The position numbers were made by a program, and so were the translations under genes. Shown here one piece after another: positions 25,601-38,438 of a stretch of 62,682 nucleotides of DNA. Within the stretch, counting starts at the first letter, position 1. Every line of letters starts with the position of its first letter. The DNA lies in the NCBI GenBank assembly GCA_024137785.1, contig JAHRHZ010000102.1:62001-124682 (forward strand), read 5' to 3'. Source of the stretch: Ginglymostoma cirratum (Eukaryota). The notes below the pieces were generated by a model. The model was not told where the DNA came from, ran no database searches, and saw only the letters and a list, made by a program, of their open reading frames with translations.

Positions 25601-25880
25601 ACCCTTCAACCCCTAAGTATGAACTGATGGCGTATCCAGCGGCAACTGTGAGTATTTGAAACATTTTCAGTTTTAACCTCTGATAAAGCAAACTGCCCTG
25701 ATTTGCACGTTGGATTGGCCAATGACAAATCTGTATCAAAAGTGTTATAGCAGCTGTGATTTAAATGTCCGTGAAAGGTTTTTACAAAATACAAAGACAT
25801 CTTTCTTTTTAGATCCATTGCCCTGACTGCTAATCTCTCTGATCATGGAAATCGATTCTTCCAATTCACTCAGAGATATT

Positions 25881-26404
25881 AAGAACTGCCGATGCTGGTG
25901 TCAGAGATAACACAGTGTTGAGCTCGAAGAGAACAGCAGGCCAGACAGCATTAGAGGAGCTGTAACGTTGACGTTTCGGGTCGGGACTCTTCTTCAGGAG
26001 TGGGGGAGGGTGAAGGGAGCTCTGAAATAAATAGAGGAGGGGTGGGGCTGGGATGGTGATAGTTAAGTGGACTGTAATAGGCCTTGGGAGCTTACAATCC
26101 AGTGGTCTCATTGTGGACTTTACCAGTTTCAAAATCTTCCCACCCTGGCCTCATCCCATAACCAACCCTTCCTCTCAGCCCACCTCCTTGACCTGACACA
26201 ACCTGTCCATCTTCTCTCCCACCTGTCCGCGTCTCCCACCTCACGAACCAGTCTCCACCACTGCCAACCTCCACTCACCTGTCACCATCCCACCGACCTT
26301 CCCCAGCACTCCGCCACATCTCTATTTATTGCTGAGGTCCCTTCACCCTCCCCCATTTCTGAATGCGACCCGACATGCTGTGTTCCTCCAGCTCCATTGT
26401 GTTA
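25881..26404. mobile_element. Penelope-like element: inverted terminal copy joined to a GIY-YIG C-terminal/3' UTR copy
   Basis: Minus-strand hammerhead motif CTGAAGA-A-GAGTCCCGACCC-GAAACGTC (25969-25997); plus-strand LGSLQSSGLIVDFTSFK; GAGGGTGAAGGGA...AATAAATAGAG inverted at ~26320-26355. Confidence 0.8.
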
Positions 26405-26651
26405 ACAATGAAAACATTCAAAACGTTTGGCTGAGATCAATGTTAAAACAGGGAGCAGTCCGAAAGCATCAGAGGTTCACTCTCGTTCTCAATAATGTAG
26501 TTCAATTCAATCTCCCAGCATCCTCCTCCGTTCTGATTAAATATAACGTGACAAGAACTAGAAGGATCCTGGCAAGTGCAAGACAAACCAAATGCTCCTC
26601 CTCCCTGTTGGAACCATGATATGAGAAATATTAAACAGCGCCCTTGCTTCT

Positions 26652-26734
26652 GTAGTCTTGGCCGAGTGGTTCAAGCGATGGATTTGGTAATCCATTGCAG
26701 TTTCCCCGCGCAGGTTTGAATCCTGCTGAATACG
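26652..26734 (+). tRNA. tRNA-Ser(TGA)-derived gene, probable pseudogene
   Basis: GTAGTCTTGGCCGAGTGGTTCAAGCGATGGATTTGGTAATCCATTGCAGTTTCCCCGCGCAGGTTTGAATCCTGCTGAATACG; 8-nt anticodon loop, T loop TTT instead of TTC. Confidence 0.88.
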
Positions 26735-27766
26735 CTTCAACAGCCTACCATTTTCAATGATTTCCTGATGGATGAGCTGTCTCACACACTGGAAAATACA
26801 TCTCACAAACCCATTTCAGAGTCTGGGCATTTATTGACATTGAGGAAACACGAGTCTTGAACAAGAATGCTGCCATACTCAAAACCTTGCCTCTGTTTCT
26901 CTTTCCAACAGGTACCACTGAACGTGTTTAGTTTCTGCAGTATTCTCTGCTTTTAATCTACATAAATGATCTTGTTTCAAATAGTTTGAACCCCAATCCC
27001 CTGGTAAATGACCCTACTCATTGTTTGCAGTTTCTCCCGACATCATCCCACTCATCCCCACCACTCCCTTCCCAACTGTTATAAACCGCCCTAGGAAATC
27101 TCCTCTTAAACTTCTTTACTCCAAAGGGAACATTTCCGAAATCAGGAATCCCTTCATTAAACGGGATCTCCTCATCCCTGGACATGTTGCAAGGTGGAGG
27201 ATTGGAAAAAGATTTTGGAAAACTATTGTCAGTTGGTGGGGGATGGTGGCGGGAATGTTAGGGAAGAAAAACAGAAAACCTTGACTCCAACTTTGCGAAT
27301 CTTTAGAAACACTTGGAAATCGGAATCACAGTAGATTGAAGGGTGAACTTCCCGAATGAGCACAAACAGTCAAGACAGCCACCCCTTCTTTCAGTGGCCG
27401 GGACATTGACTCTGATGTTCTGGGGACATGAACTGACCTGAGACATGGAAAGACTTCTCCTTCCTGCCCATCGGGGATTCAAAACTTCATCTCGGCTCCA
27501 AGACAATGAGAAAACTCGGGAATAAACAAGACACTGAAAGGCTCGAAGGAAGACGGCCCTGGATGTATGAGAGCGGTTCCCAGTGACATGGATGTGTCTG
27601 CGGAGGGTAGGGTCAGACTGTTCCCATGCCTCCACAATGAATATGGCAGGCTTCATTTGGGAAAAGTAAAACTGATAGAGAACAATTGTCACTCCAAGAG
27701 AGGCAGACTGAAGCTTGAATTCACTAAGAACCTACTTTAAGGGATAGTGCGAGTCAATGGTAGTTA

Positions 27767-27841
27767 CACTCTGACCACGTAAGTGGTCAGCGTGTTTGGC
27801 TATTAAGTGAAAAGTCGAACATTCGAGGCCACACACGAAGG
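27767..27841 (+). pseudogene. tRNA-Asn relic
   Basis: GGTCAGCGTGTTTGGCTATTAAGTGAAAAGT...TTCGAGGCCAC colinear with Asn-GTT. Confidence 0.6.
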
Positions 27842-28281
27842 AACGATTAAAGTGTTCTTTGTTCCGCAGTTCCAGGTTTTAATACGGTTAGGAACGTGCT
27901 CCTGAAATGGAAATCTTATCCAGTGAGTAACCACAAAGATGTCTCAAAATTGCTTTAATTTCTAACCTAGAGAGCTGCAGATGTTGAGAATATGAAACAA
28001 ATACAGATGCTGCTGGAGAAACTCAGCAGGTTTGGCAGTACCTGTTGGAGAAAACAGAGTTCTGAAACATTGACTCTGATTCTCTGCCTGATCTGCTTAG
28101 CTTTTCTTGAAATTTATGCTGTTGTGTTTCAATGGATATTTATCCCATCTGTTGGGATGAAACAACCAGACTCATCATGCTCTGAATTTAATCCTTGAGA
28201 AATCTGAGAAGTGATTGGATTCAAACAAACGTAGTAACTATTCAGTCTTCCTCAGCCCCACAGGCAGAAAGATCTGGAAAG

Positions 28282-28360
28282 GGGAGTCACGATAGTGATT
28301 AAGGCAATAGACGTGAAATCCATGGGGTATTTTGTGTAGATTAGATTCCTGCCGACTACG
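28282..28360 (+). pseudogene. tRNA-Ser(TGA) relic
   Basis: AGTGATTAAGGCAATAGACGTGAAATCCATGGGGT...TCCTGCCGACTACG; the 3' end matches Ser exactly. Confidence 0.75.
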
Positions 28361-28837
28361 GTTGAGTGCTTCAGGCAAATAAGAAAGGAGTTTAGTCCCC
28401 GTCTACTTGTTTGCGAAAGGAATCACAAGAGGTGGGGGACAAAATCATTTCACTCAGATTGCCAAAGGGAGGAATATGCATTTTACTGTCTCAGAACAGA
28501 ACAAACAGAAACTCTCATATGCGTCCTGACCTGAAGCATAAAAATACCTGCCCCTCTGATGCTGCCTGTTCTGCTGTGTTCCTCCAGCTCCCCTGACTGT
28601 GTCATCTCTGACTCTCCCATTTGCAATTCTGACTGAGTCATTTAGGTGTACATTTGAATTATCTTGTTGAGGCTATAAGACAAGTGCTGGGCAGTGACAC
28701 TGGAACATTCAGGGGCTGGAGTTCACCTGGCACAAACATGATGGGCTGAAAGGTCATTTTCTTTGCTGGAGACATCTATGACCAGCTGTGGTCAGCTCAG
28801 CTGTGAAGTGATAGAACGACGTTTGCAAAATGCACCG

Positions 28838-28909
28838 GAGGCAGGATGGGGTCGAACCGACTCTCCACTGATCTGGCTGTCAGACATATTATCCATTGGG
28901 ATTGGGGAT
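28838..28909 (-). pseudogene. tRNA-Arg-like relic
   Basis: CAATGGATAATATGTCTGAC...GATCAG...GGTTCGAC. Confidence 0.45.
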
Positions 28910-29835
28910 AACTGACACTCTGCATATTCCTGGGCTCAGTATCTGGGAGAATCAGGAAGATGCAATGCTGATGTCTCTATGTCCAGCCATGTGTAAACCC
29001 ATTGCTTCTCTCTCTCTACCTTGTGCCTTGCATTCCCTGGACCTGCTGTCAAGGTAAAGATTGATTTCACAACCTGCCTGTGTTTGTATCAAGCATCTCA
29101 TTGACCTTGGAGCTGGTCGGTCAGAGAGAGCTTGAGGTAAGACACGGACACAGGCAGGAAGAGATGCGACATGAAAGTGTTCAGAGTCTGTCATGTGTCT
29201 GTTGCTTTTAGTGTCCTGTCAGATTCCCAGGAGCTGCAGTGATTGTTTTGATGAGTTTTCGAAATTGAAAGTTGCACGTGAGCAGCCTGTGGGACTATTG
29301 AAGCTCAACTGTCCATTTCATATCCCAGCTCACGGAAACAGTTCTCATTGTCTGGAGAAGTCACTTGTGATCCACCTCAAGCTGCCTTTTGTCGCAGGAA
29401 CTTGTGTGTGGGGACGGACAGCGGACGTGAAGGTCATGGAGCGGGTATAATCCTGAGGTGTCTGTCACTCTCGGGGATGTGTCTGTGTGTTTTACTCTAT
29501 GGGTGAAAATGAAGATGAGTTCCTCAAGAAGTATTAAGACAGTTTTACCATCTCAACCTTCAGTCCCATTTGCTGCGTTATGTGAAATGAGAGAGATAAA
29601 CTCATTGACATTTGCCTTGCAAAGTCAGAGCTCACAAGGCTATGAACCAAATGCTGGAAACTAAGACTAGAATGGATGGGTTTTGATGAACTGCACTGAA
29701 ACGGTGGGCCGAATGGTCTTCTTCCACGCTGTACAAAGAAAATCAGTGATGGAGAAACTGATCTGCAGCGAACGTGATCCCACATGACAAGGCAAAAGCA
29801 GGTCACGAAGAAAAGACACGATTTTTCAGTCGTGT

Positions 29836-29907
29836 TCCTTGGTGGTCTAGTGGTTAGGATTCAGCGCTTTCATTGCCGCGACCCGAGACCGCTTCCCCTT
29901 AAGGGAA
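29836..29907 (+). tRNA. tRNA-Glu(TTC) pseudogene
   Basis: TCCTTGGTGGTCTAGTGGTTAGGATTCAGCGCTTTCATTGCCGCGACCCG is near-canonical; B box destroyed. Confidence 0.9.
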
Positions 29908-31226
29908 TAAAAGTTCTGCTGAACTACTCTATGGTGGTGATGGAACTTCTGACTGTTTCTCCAGGGGCTGACACCGAATCTATTTTATCCCAAAAGTTAT
30001 CAACTAACATAAAACAATGAACTGCGAAAATCCGACACAAAAACAGTAATTGATAGAGAAACTCAGCAGGCATGGTAACATCTGCAGAGGGAAACTGTTT
30101 AACGTTTCGGATCCACTGACGGTTCGTCGCTACCAGGTTAACTGTGCATTTCCGTAGTATCATACCGGGAGACATTATTGGCGTTATCATTCGAATCAGT
30201 GTATTTATCAAAATCACACCCTCTCATTAGCTGTCAAGTGCTTACTTTTCAACTTTAAAGGGACTTGATCAGCACTAATGCTCCTTCTGTTGCCCTGAGG
30301 TGGTGAAATTCTCTGTTTTTTTTTCATTTATTTTCTGTTAATGAGCAGCCATGTCGAATAGAGAATTGGTCCTTTCATTGTCTACCACAATATGTGCTTA
30401 TATTTGTCTCTCTTTGTCTCTGTGTATACACCTGGACATCTTTCACATTATCCCACACTCCATCTGTATATACCCCTCATTTCCCATTTATGCGCTGTGT
30501 AAAGTCTGAAATTAGGAGAAACCTTGAGAATGGAGTGTTTAGTACTGGACTCACATTCCTCGGAAAATGTGTCTTTCAGTTATGACTGAGGTAAGGAGAC
30601 ATTTCTCGTCTCAAAAGATTATGAATCTTCAGAATTCAAAATGGAATTCCTAATCCTCCAGAAAAAATACAATGCTGCCACAATTATAGGGTTACAGCGA
30701 TGTCTTTACAGTTGGTGTAAAAATGTTTGAACGATGACAGCAGAGAATGAGAGTGATCAGCTCGTGGTCTCTGTGCCATGACCACAACATTCCACGGTGA
30801 GGCTGCATTTTATCCTGCCTCACCTCTTTCTTGCGACCAAGCTGAGAATGAAGTGATGGGAACACAAGTAATGGAGAAACAGAAGTGCTTGTGGAAGAGC
30901 AGAAAGGAACTTCATGACGAAACCAGCAGTAAAAGAGGAGACCCTGAAGCGGCCTCCTGATGACAAATGTGTTTTCTTTGCCAGGAAAACTCACCGCCTC
31001 ACAAAGCGGGGACCATTGAAGTGAAGCAGTGACGGAGATTATCTTTGCTGGTTGTTCACACTGTGAATGTGACCGTTGTTGCTCATGTTCGGTCTCACAC
31101 CACAACACCACTGCTTGTAAGTATCACACATAAACTGGAGATAGGCGCTGAAAACTGAGAGACCTCCAGCTGCGCAATGAGGCTGACTTCCTGCATTAGG
31201 AGCTTTGGCAGAGCTTCATGTTAATA

Positions 31227-31290
31227 GCTTCGGTTTTGCAATTGGTCAATGCATTCGGTTATTGAGAGAAAGATTGGTGTTTCAAGAGCG
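31227..31290 (+). pseudogene. tRNA-Asn relic
   Basis: GCAATTGGTCAATGCATTCGGTTATT...GAAAGATTGGTGTTTCAAG colinear with Asn-GTT. Confidence 0.5.
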
Positions 31291-32374
31291 TTGCCTCTTT
31301 TGGTTTCCTACCTTTTGACGTTTCCAGCGATACAGAAGATTGATAATCGGGATTGTGCCTTCAGGAGACAGCTTTGAAACTTTGTCAGCTCCACCGTTTT
31401 CCAGTCAAACCGCAGACATACAGGTTTTAATGCAATTATTCTCAACATTGTGATCTAACAATTGAACCAGCTATGTACCTGCATTTAATTCGTAAAAGTT
31501 TACGAAGAGATTGGAATCAAACAAACCCATCAATGATTGTCTCTTTCCCAGCTCCATGCTGAGTGAGACAGTGACAAGCAATAGTATTTGACATCACATT
31601 CTCCAATCCTCCGGTGTTAGCAGAACGTGGCCTCTGCATCTTCAATCAGCAGCTTGCTACCCATCCCTGGAAGACAAGATCCCACAGCTGGGGCCAATCC
31701 TCCCCATCTACCGAGCACAGGCTCAAGAAAAAACAGAGAGATTTCATCCCGCTCAAAAAACCCCAGGGCAGCATTGACACAATCTCCAAGCGAGTGGAAT
31801 TTTCTCTTAGCTCCACTTGGGAAAACTCAACTGACAAAAGTAGTAGAACCTGTTCCAAATGAACGGTTCTTCTCCTGTGAAAAAGGGCGAAAATCCTTTT
31901 ACATTTCACAAGGCTGCAGCAAATTCTTCCCGATCTTCGAATCTTTTTAACTGAGCTCCAAAAATCCAGTCCCCAAATCGAAGCTGCAGAAGTTGCTGAT
32001 GTACTGAGCAAACAAAGTGCTGAAAGTATTGAGTTAGAGTAGGCAGACAAATACGCATTTCACACAATCTGTAACAGAAATGGTTTATCGAAGCAGATTC
32101 TCCGTCTCTCAGAGTCACTGACAGCCATATCGGCAGCTAAAGTGTGAGGGCACCGTCATTAAAATATGAATTTTGAATGTTGAATGAAAATGGATTATAA
32201 TGGTCTGAAGGAGTAACAACTGAAAAGTGGAAGATGTAAATAATGTTATTTGTGATTGAGAAGAATTAACTGTAAACTTGTGATTTTCGAGGTGTGTCAT
32301 CTTTGGCACATTGAAATGAGGTTGCATGGGATTTGGCGCAGTGTGACATTGGAAAATGAGTAGCTTTTCGTTCA

Positions 32375-32447
32375 GCCTGGTGAGCTCAGTTGTTAGAGTA
32401 TGTGTCTCTGAGTCTCAGGGTTGCGGGTTTGAGCCCCACGATGAGTG
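32375..32447 (+). tRNA. tRNA-Lys(CTT)-derived pseudogene
   Basis: 73 nt GCCTGGTGAGCTCAGTTGTTAGAGTATG...TCTCAGGGTTGCGGGTTTGAGCCCCACGATGAGTG. Confidence 0.85.
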
Positions 32448-33099
32448 CCTATGCTTCTTACAGCATCGCTTCCTGAGGTGAAGCACAGCTCTTCAGCTTT
32501 GTTTGTAAAACCAGCAGCTTTAGCTATGCCTAAAGCATAGCTTCACTTCTGCTGCTTTGATTAAAATACTGGTTTCCAGTTTTTCGTGAAAATTGTTTCC
32601 ACTTCACTGGAAATCCCAGACATCAGTTTGGACGTGCAGCTGCTTGTATAATAAATGACAGGACATGCAAAGGGGCAAACCCAAATCCAATCCTGCACCA
32701 ACAAGAATATTCAGAGTAACAGAATGAGAATGGACACCTCCTGGGCGGCTCCATGTCAAATGGAGCTGAACCAGAATTAACTAACTCTGAGGATACCATG
32801 GAAAACATCAGTGAAGTCGACCTGAATGTTACACAATTGACTAGGGAAATTATATTCTTTTGTGACCATGTGGGTTTATTCATTACAATTTTACTTCTTG
32901 GTATATGAGGGGTAAAATTGTGAGTTTTCAGTGTGTGACATAAGGGATCTAGGTGAACCTGAAAATGTGGTGCAGTTATGTGTTCTTTATCAAAGTTTAA
33001 ACGAAAATATTTTCTCACAGGCACATGACATTTTTTGAGCAACCGAATCTCACAAGATGCGTTCAGCTTTCCTGTGGCATTTGTTTTCATTTAAGAACT

Positions 33100-34010
33100 A
33101 TCGCCATCTGGTGTGAAATTAATATTGTAGCCGGGCATTGCCAAGCAGCTAAGAAAATGGACGAGGAGGATGGCGTTCCTCCAAGCATTTCCCTGTGCCT
33201 TCGCTTTAGTTGTGTGCAGTAGCAACATTTGAAAATATCATATTTGGGATTTCTAGTAGGGGAGCCGAGCAGTTTAATGCCCTGGATTATGGTTCCAATT
33301 TCTGAGGAAGCATGGGTTCGAATCTCACCGCTGCTAACCCTCACACCAGAGCTTCGTAAAATGGCACACATTTGGCTTGTCTTTGTTTCGCCCAAAGCAA
33401 TCTTTGATGTGGGAGAGCTTGAAGAATTCATCCAGTCAGCGTTCCCGGCGTGTTTCCATGGTGCAATGGCGAAGACAGGCGGAATGCCCCCAGCATGACA
33501 GCGAGAATAAGCAGGCTGCGCTGTTGCTTTACGTTCCAGGCAAGTTGCGTTGCTCACCCTTTCGCTGCAAGTGAATGCAGATCGTTATTTCGCTGCTGCT
33601 GTGAAACAAAATCCTGCATTGAACCGACTCGCAGTTATTTACCTTTTGTTGGTGAAAAGGAGGGTAATTGAGATGTGAAATTTCTTTCACTTCCTTCAAG
33701 AAGGGAGCTGATGATCCACTTTCTTGAAACGCTGAAATGGTTGCGGTGCAGGCACACTCGCGTTGCTGACCAGAAGGGAAACCTAATCTAATCGAGACTG
33801 TGATTGGTTGCATTCACTTTTCGTGGGATGTTCTTATTCTGTTCTTTTATTGCCTGACTTGAGCAGTTTCCAGTAAGTGGCGTTGCACTAAACCTTGAGC
33901 GCATTTGGAGGAGCAGATCGGAATAGCCCCGATGCCAGTTGTGTGAGTAGTTCGTAACCCAGAGAACTGGAGGTGTTTCACAGGAAGCATTCGTGCTTCA
34001 GTATGTGTGG
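33100..34010 (-). repeat. Older paralog of 17150-18130 (inverted) and ~45420-46020 (direct)
   Basis: Shared ATATTGTAGCCGGGCAT, ATCTTTGATGTGGGA, GCTGCTGTGAAA.AAATCCTGCAT and GTGCAGGCACAC. Confidence 0.85.
33255..33336 (+). tRNA. tRNA-Leu(AAG)-derived pseudogene
   Basis: 82 nt AGTAGGGGAGCCGAGCAGTTTAATGCCCTGGATTATGGTTCCA...GGGTTCGAATCTCACCGCTGCTA. Confidence 0.85.
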
Positions 34011-34174
34011 AAATGTATTTGCCATGTCATTTTTGCTTCTGTTGCGCGTTAAGATCTGTGTGTTTGCTCAGCACCTGAGGTGCAAACACAGTTTGTGAGG
34101 AATCTTCCTAAATTCAAAATCCTCACTGAAGACCTGGGAAGGTGTCTCAAAGAATGGTCATTTTTGGCAAAAGT

Positions 34175-34590
34175 GGACGAACACTTCGCCTGTGGGAGGT
34201 TCTCATTCCTCTTAGCCCAACCGATTCATAAACGTATTCAGGTGCCTTTGAAATGTTGTAATTTTACGAGCCTCCACCACTTCCTCTGGCAGTTCACTCC
34301 ATACACTTACCACATTCGGCGTGAAAAAAAATGCCCCTCAGAACTCGTTTAATTTATTCCCCTCTCATCTTAAATATATGCCCTCTCGTTTTGCGTTCGG
34401 GCCCACTCTTGGAAAATGACATTGACTATTCCCCCTATCCATATCCCTCATGGTTTTACAGTCTTCTGTCAGGTCTTTCCTCTGCTTGTGATGCTCCAGG
34501 AAAAATTGCCCCAGTCGGTTCAGACTCGCCCAACAGTCCAAACCCTGCAACTCTGGCAACTTTCAAGTGAACATTTCCTGTACAATTTTA
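34175..34590 (-). mobile_element. CR1 LINE 3' fragment
   Basis: Reverse complement of the same CR1 3' region seen at 16470-16940. Confidence 0.8.
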
Positions 34591-34726
34591 CGTGGTATCT
34601 TTTACTTTTAACCATGTCAATAATGCTGGACAACATCGTTCTATTTAAAACAGAGAAATCAAACATTGAACGGCTGCAAATTTCAATGGTGTTCGAAGGA
34701 CAGCGGGTAGACGACTTTCGTATGGT

Positions 34727-34799
34727 GTTTCTGTTGCGTCGTGGTTATTTCATTCGCCTGATCCGCGAAAAATCCCCCATTAGAAACCGGGTAGAAACA
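34727..34799 (+). tRNA. tRNA-Val-derived pseudogene
   Basis: 73 nt GTTTCTGT...GTGGTTATTTCATTCGCCT...CGCGAAAA..CCCC..TTAGAAACCGGGTAGAAACA. Confidence 0.8.
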
Positions 34800-35068
34800 G
34801 CAGTGCTCCGTTTTTCACAGTGACAGGTTTCTGCATTTCCGTGAACGGAACTACCTTGCCTTGCTGTTGTCGTCAGCGAGCCTTTCATTCTGTTAAGCCA
34901 CCCAAAATTGCTGCCATAACCATTTTTTTTGAGGAACGGAGGGTAATTCCAATGCATTGCGGTGGATAGCTTTGCTAAATTTCTCCCCTTCCTGCTCCTG
35001 AATATGGCCCTGAATATAGGAATAGGTGCTCAACCTTTTTCCGAGTGCATTTGGCGTGACCGTATTTT

Positions 35069-35140
35069 TTTTCTGTAGTGCAGTCGTGTCGCTTTTGCTT
35101 GAAGTGCGAAAGCGTCCTGGCTCAAAGTCAAGTAGAAGCC
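35069..35140 (+). pseudogene. tRNA-Val relic (flank shared with ~44960-45130)
   Basis: TTTCTGTAGTGCAGT...TGCGAAAG..TCCTGGCTCAAA...TAGAAGC. Confidence 0.55.
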
Positions 35141-36369
35141 TGATGTGCTGGTGTCGCAGTGCACCACTCATTCATGATTTACTCTCTCTGTCAAATGCAT
35201 CTCAAATTATTCTCTGACAGGCTTAATTCCGCGGCTGTCTGTCCTGTCTGGAAAGCTCTGCAGGCAATTGCACAGCTGAGGAGAATTACAAAGAAAGTGG
35301 CAACTTCTACCTCCACCGAGGTTCGGACAGCCTCGCAATGTTCTCAGATTCTAACGCGAACTCAGCTTTTCAGATGGAGGATTATCTTTGAGCCACTCAT
35401 TCTGCAAAACAGTAGTGCCTGGCCCGCTGTGTTCGTCGAGCTCCACATTGTGTTATCTCTGACTCCAGCATCGGCAGTTCTTACTATCCCCTCGTGGTAA
35501 CTGTAAATATGCTGAACGGTATGATCTTGTACACGGCCTGCTCGACTTTGTGCATTTTCCCTGCAGTCTGGTGTGATCATGCTTCACTTACAAATTCCAG
35601 CACTGCACAGTATCCTTAGGAAGAATCATGCCTCTACATCAACGAGCCGCTCCCATTGTTTGCTTGCCCAGCTCTGAACCAGCTGAGAATTACTCAGAGC
35701 GACATACCTCTGACTTTGCTACAGGAATTCGGTGGAGCAAACTGTTTCAAGAACATTTTCCTCTCATTCTGTCTCCCTGCTCCCAGGCCTGTGCTGTTTT
35801 TCCTTTCCCCGGGACTGGGTTCTCTCCATTGGTGAATTAAATCAATTTCTTCCATTTGGATCACAAAAGATTTTGAAAGATTCACAAAGCTGGAGACTGA
35901 GTTTTTGTTTTTCTTTTCCTTTCCAAGTTTCCACCTACCAACTGATTTTTCCTCCAAAATCTCATCGCAATACTCCGGCTTCATCATTCCCAGGAATGAG
36001 GGAATTCAGTTTTATGGAGAGATTCCAGAGGCCGGGATTGTTCTGTTTCAGGCTTGAAGGATGAAATAGAGATTTGATGGCGCGAGTGTTTGGATGAAGC
36101 AGGCAGCGAAAAACTGTTTCCAGGGAACTGACATTTTAGAACATCGAAAGATAAAGAGAGTTGCGTTAATGTGGGACTTTTCACCATCCGTGATGTGGTT
36201 TGTTGACCACGGGCAAATGTTCTTAAAACTTACTTCCTACTTCTCCATACGTGATATATTTACCATCGAGAGACTGAGGGGTCTCGATCTCATCAGAACC
36301 CGTCATCATTAATGAAGATTGGAGACACTGAACGTCCGGAATCGCCCGCGCATCAAAAGTGAAAGGTGC

Positions 36370-37228
36370 ACCTATTTACACCATCCACATGAAACAGGAT
36401 TCATACCCCTCGACCAATGAGCCAGCAACAGCACAGAGCTGTTAACACTAAATCAGGTGAGTTTTCTTGTGAAGTAAGACTTTTCCCGTTGCTTCGGGAT
36501 GTGAAAGCAGCACTGAGTTTTAACAACAGCTTCTTCCCATTCTGACCAACTGCACCCAAGAGGCTGGATCAGCGTTGCCCCCCCGGACCGTTCCCTCTCC
36601 ATTGGCGGCTGCAGTAAGTCATCTTCCACTGGCCGGCAGTTCTGAGGGAGAACAGCATGAAGGCGCTCATCAGGTCCCTGTCAAACACGGGCTTGCGGGG
36701 CAGGGATGCGGGTTGGTGGCGGTGGGAGGTATGGAAAGTGTGGAAGGCTGTGCAAAAGAGAGATTGCGCATGCACAGCAACTAAAATTCTGTTGGGAAAC
36801 TCATCCAAATTACTGCATCTGAGACAATGCAAAAAGTGCAGAGCTGCTCGGAAGGAAAGAACATTCCCCAATAAAGGGGATTTCCATCTGTGTCTTTCTT
36901 TATGTCACAGAGAGGTCGCTGCAACCTGAAACATGGTGGGGTGTTACTGCAGGGAGTCCTGTCTCTCAGACACACTGCACCTGAAGTGTATAATCTTCAC
37001 GACGTTGTTCTCAGCTGAGTGAATAGATCTTACTGTTCAAACCAACCCGGAATGACAGAGAACGAGAAAAGGCATCACAGTCCACCATTCGAACAGCTCC
37101 TGGAGAGAAAAGGGATGTGTGAGAGCGAGCAGTCTCGACTACTACATATCTTCAGCATTTACAACGTTGGCCCGTGGGACAATGAAATCAGTTTGAGAGA
37201 TTGATTCAGTTACCTGTAGCAGGAAACA
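36370..37228 (+). repeat. Third copy of a non-coding module (direct to 53500-54297, inverted to ~8960-9750)
   Basis: Shared TTTAACAACAGCTTCTTCCCATTCTGA, TGGAAAGTGTGGAAGGCTG and TGTCTCTCAGACACACTGCACCTG. Confidence 0.9.
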
Positions 37229-38346
37229 TTTGAGGCTGTGTTTGTCTTGTTTATGAAAACTGTTGAGTAAACTTTGCAGAGCAACAGATACTTCTCCCTG
37301 TTGTTAGTGAAATGATAAACAGCAGAGGACGGTTTCCAGCCTATGGTATGACTTCTGGGTCGGGGGTGCAGCTCGCTCCCACCGTGACATTCTGTATGCA
37401 TGAGCTGAACACAAATAAAAAAAAAATTACTCAGTGACAAGATCTGTTGAGTCAAATTCTGTGAGGAATTGAACCCGATTGAATGAACAGCCCTGTGATA
37501 GCGGGGAAGTAACATCTTTTGTGAGCAATTGTTTCCCAGGTTTGAGGAGAGTGCACAGTGTTGTTCCAAGGTTTTTTATCTTGGGGTTACCTCTCTTCTG
37601 GGTCGATGTTAATTACCCGCACTTTATTCCGAGTGGAAAATTACAGAATCCTAAATGACAAAATTCTCGTAAATAATGTAATCAGTGCAGAAAGCCACAG
37701 GAACTGATTTCTTTTTTGCATTAAATATTCCACTGTCTGGTGTGAAGCTGGAACATTCCAGCTGTGAGAGCGGCGAAGCAAAGCTGATGAGTTGATATTC
37801 AGTGGTGTCAATTCACATTGTTCTCATCATGTTATTTAAAACTGCCCACCAACAATAACTCTGAAAAATAGCAACGATCCTCACGATTCGATACAGTCAA
37901 GGCTGATCTATCACTTCAATAACTTGCCCCAGACCATCCACACGACCCTGTCTGCAATTGGGAATCAGACAATTACCGATGCCCATCTTCAATAAAAAAA
38001 AATCGAAAATAACAAGTTGACTGTGGAAGGGAAGGTTTGCGCTGCGAACTAGTTGGACTTCTACACAAAGTGCGCAGGTTTGTCGGGTGAGCAGCTGATT
38101 CTTGTCCGACCATGTTTGAAACAATATTGTGAAGAAGGGTCACTGGAACCTGAAACGTTAACTCGATTTTTCTTCACAGATGCTGCCAGACCTGCTCAGC
38201 TTTTCCAGTAACTTTATTTCCAAAAAGCTTGCCCTGAAAATCTGACAGACTTCCTCTCCTCAGCAGTACGGACTGGACAACAGGAAGTGACAATGAATCG
38301 GCTTCTACACACCATCATTGACTCCTATCAAACGTGAACGAAAACT

Positions 38347-38438
38347 TGACTCTAGTGGAACTCAAATCCACAATGTTTGAACAACACGGTTAATAAGCCC
38401 GTAAAAGCCCAATACGCTCTCCATTGCGCCACAGAGCC
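38347..38438 (-). tRNA. Intron-containing tRNA-Arg(TCT)-derived pseudogene
   Basis: GGCTCTGTGGCGCAATGGAGAGCGTATTGGGCTTTTA[~19 nt]GTTCAAACATTGTGGATTTGAGTTCCACTAGAGTCA followed by a T4 run; Arg-TCT is an established intron-containing family. Confidence 0.85.

Noticed and set aside
37331-37530. Faint tRNA-Pro-like (plus, ~37331) and tRNA-Asp-like (minus, ~37455-37530) similarity
   Set aside because: Matches are too short and gapped to support without a covariance-model search.
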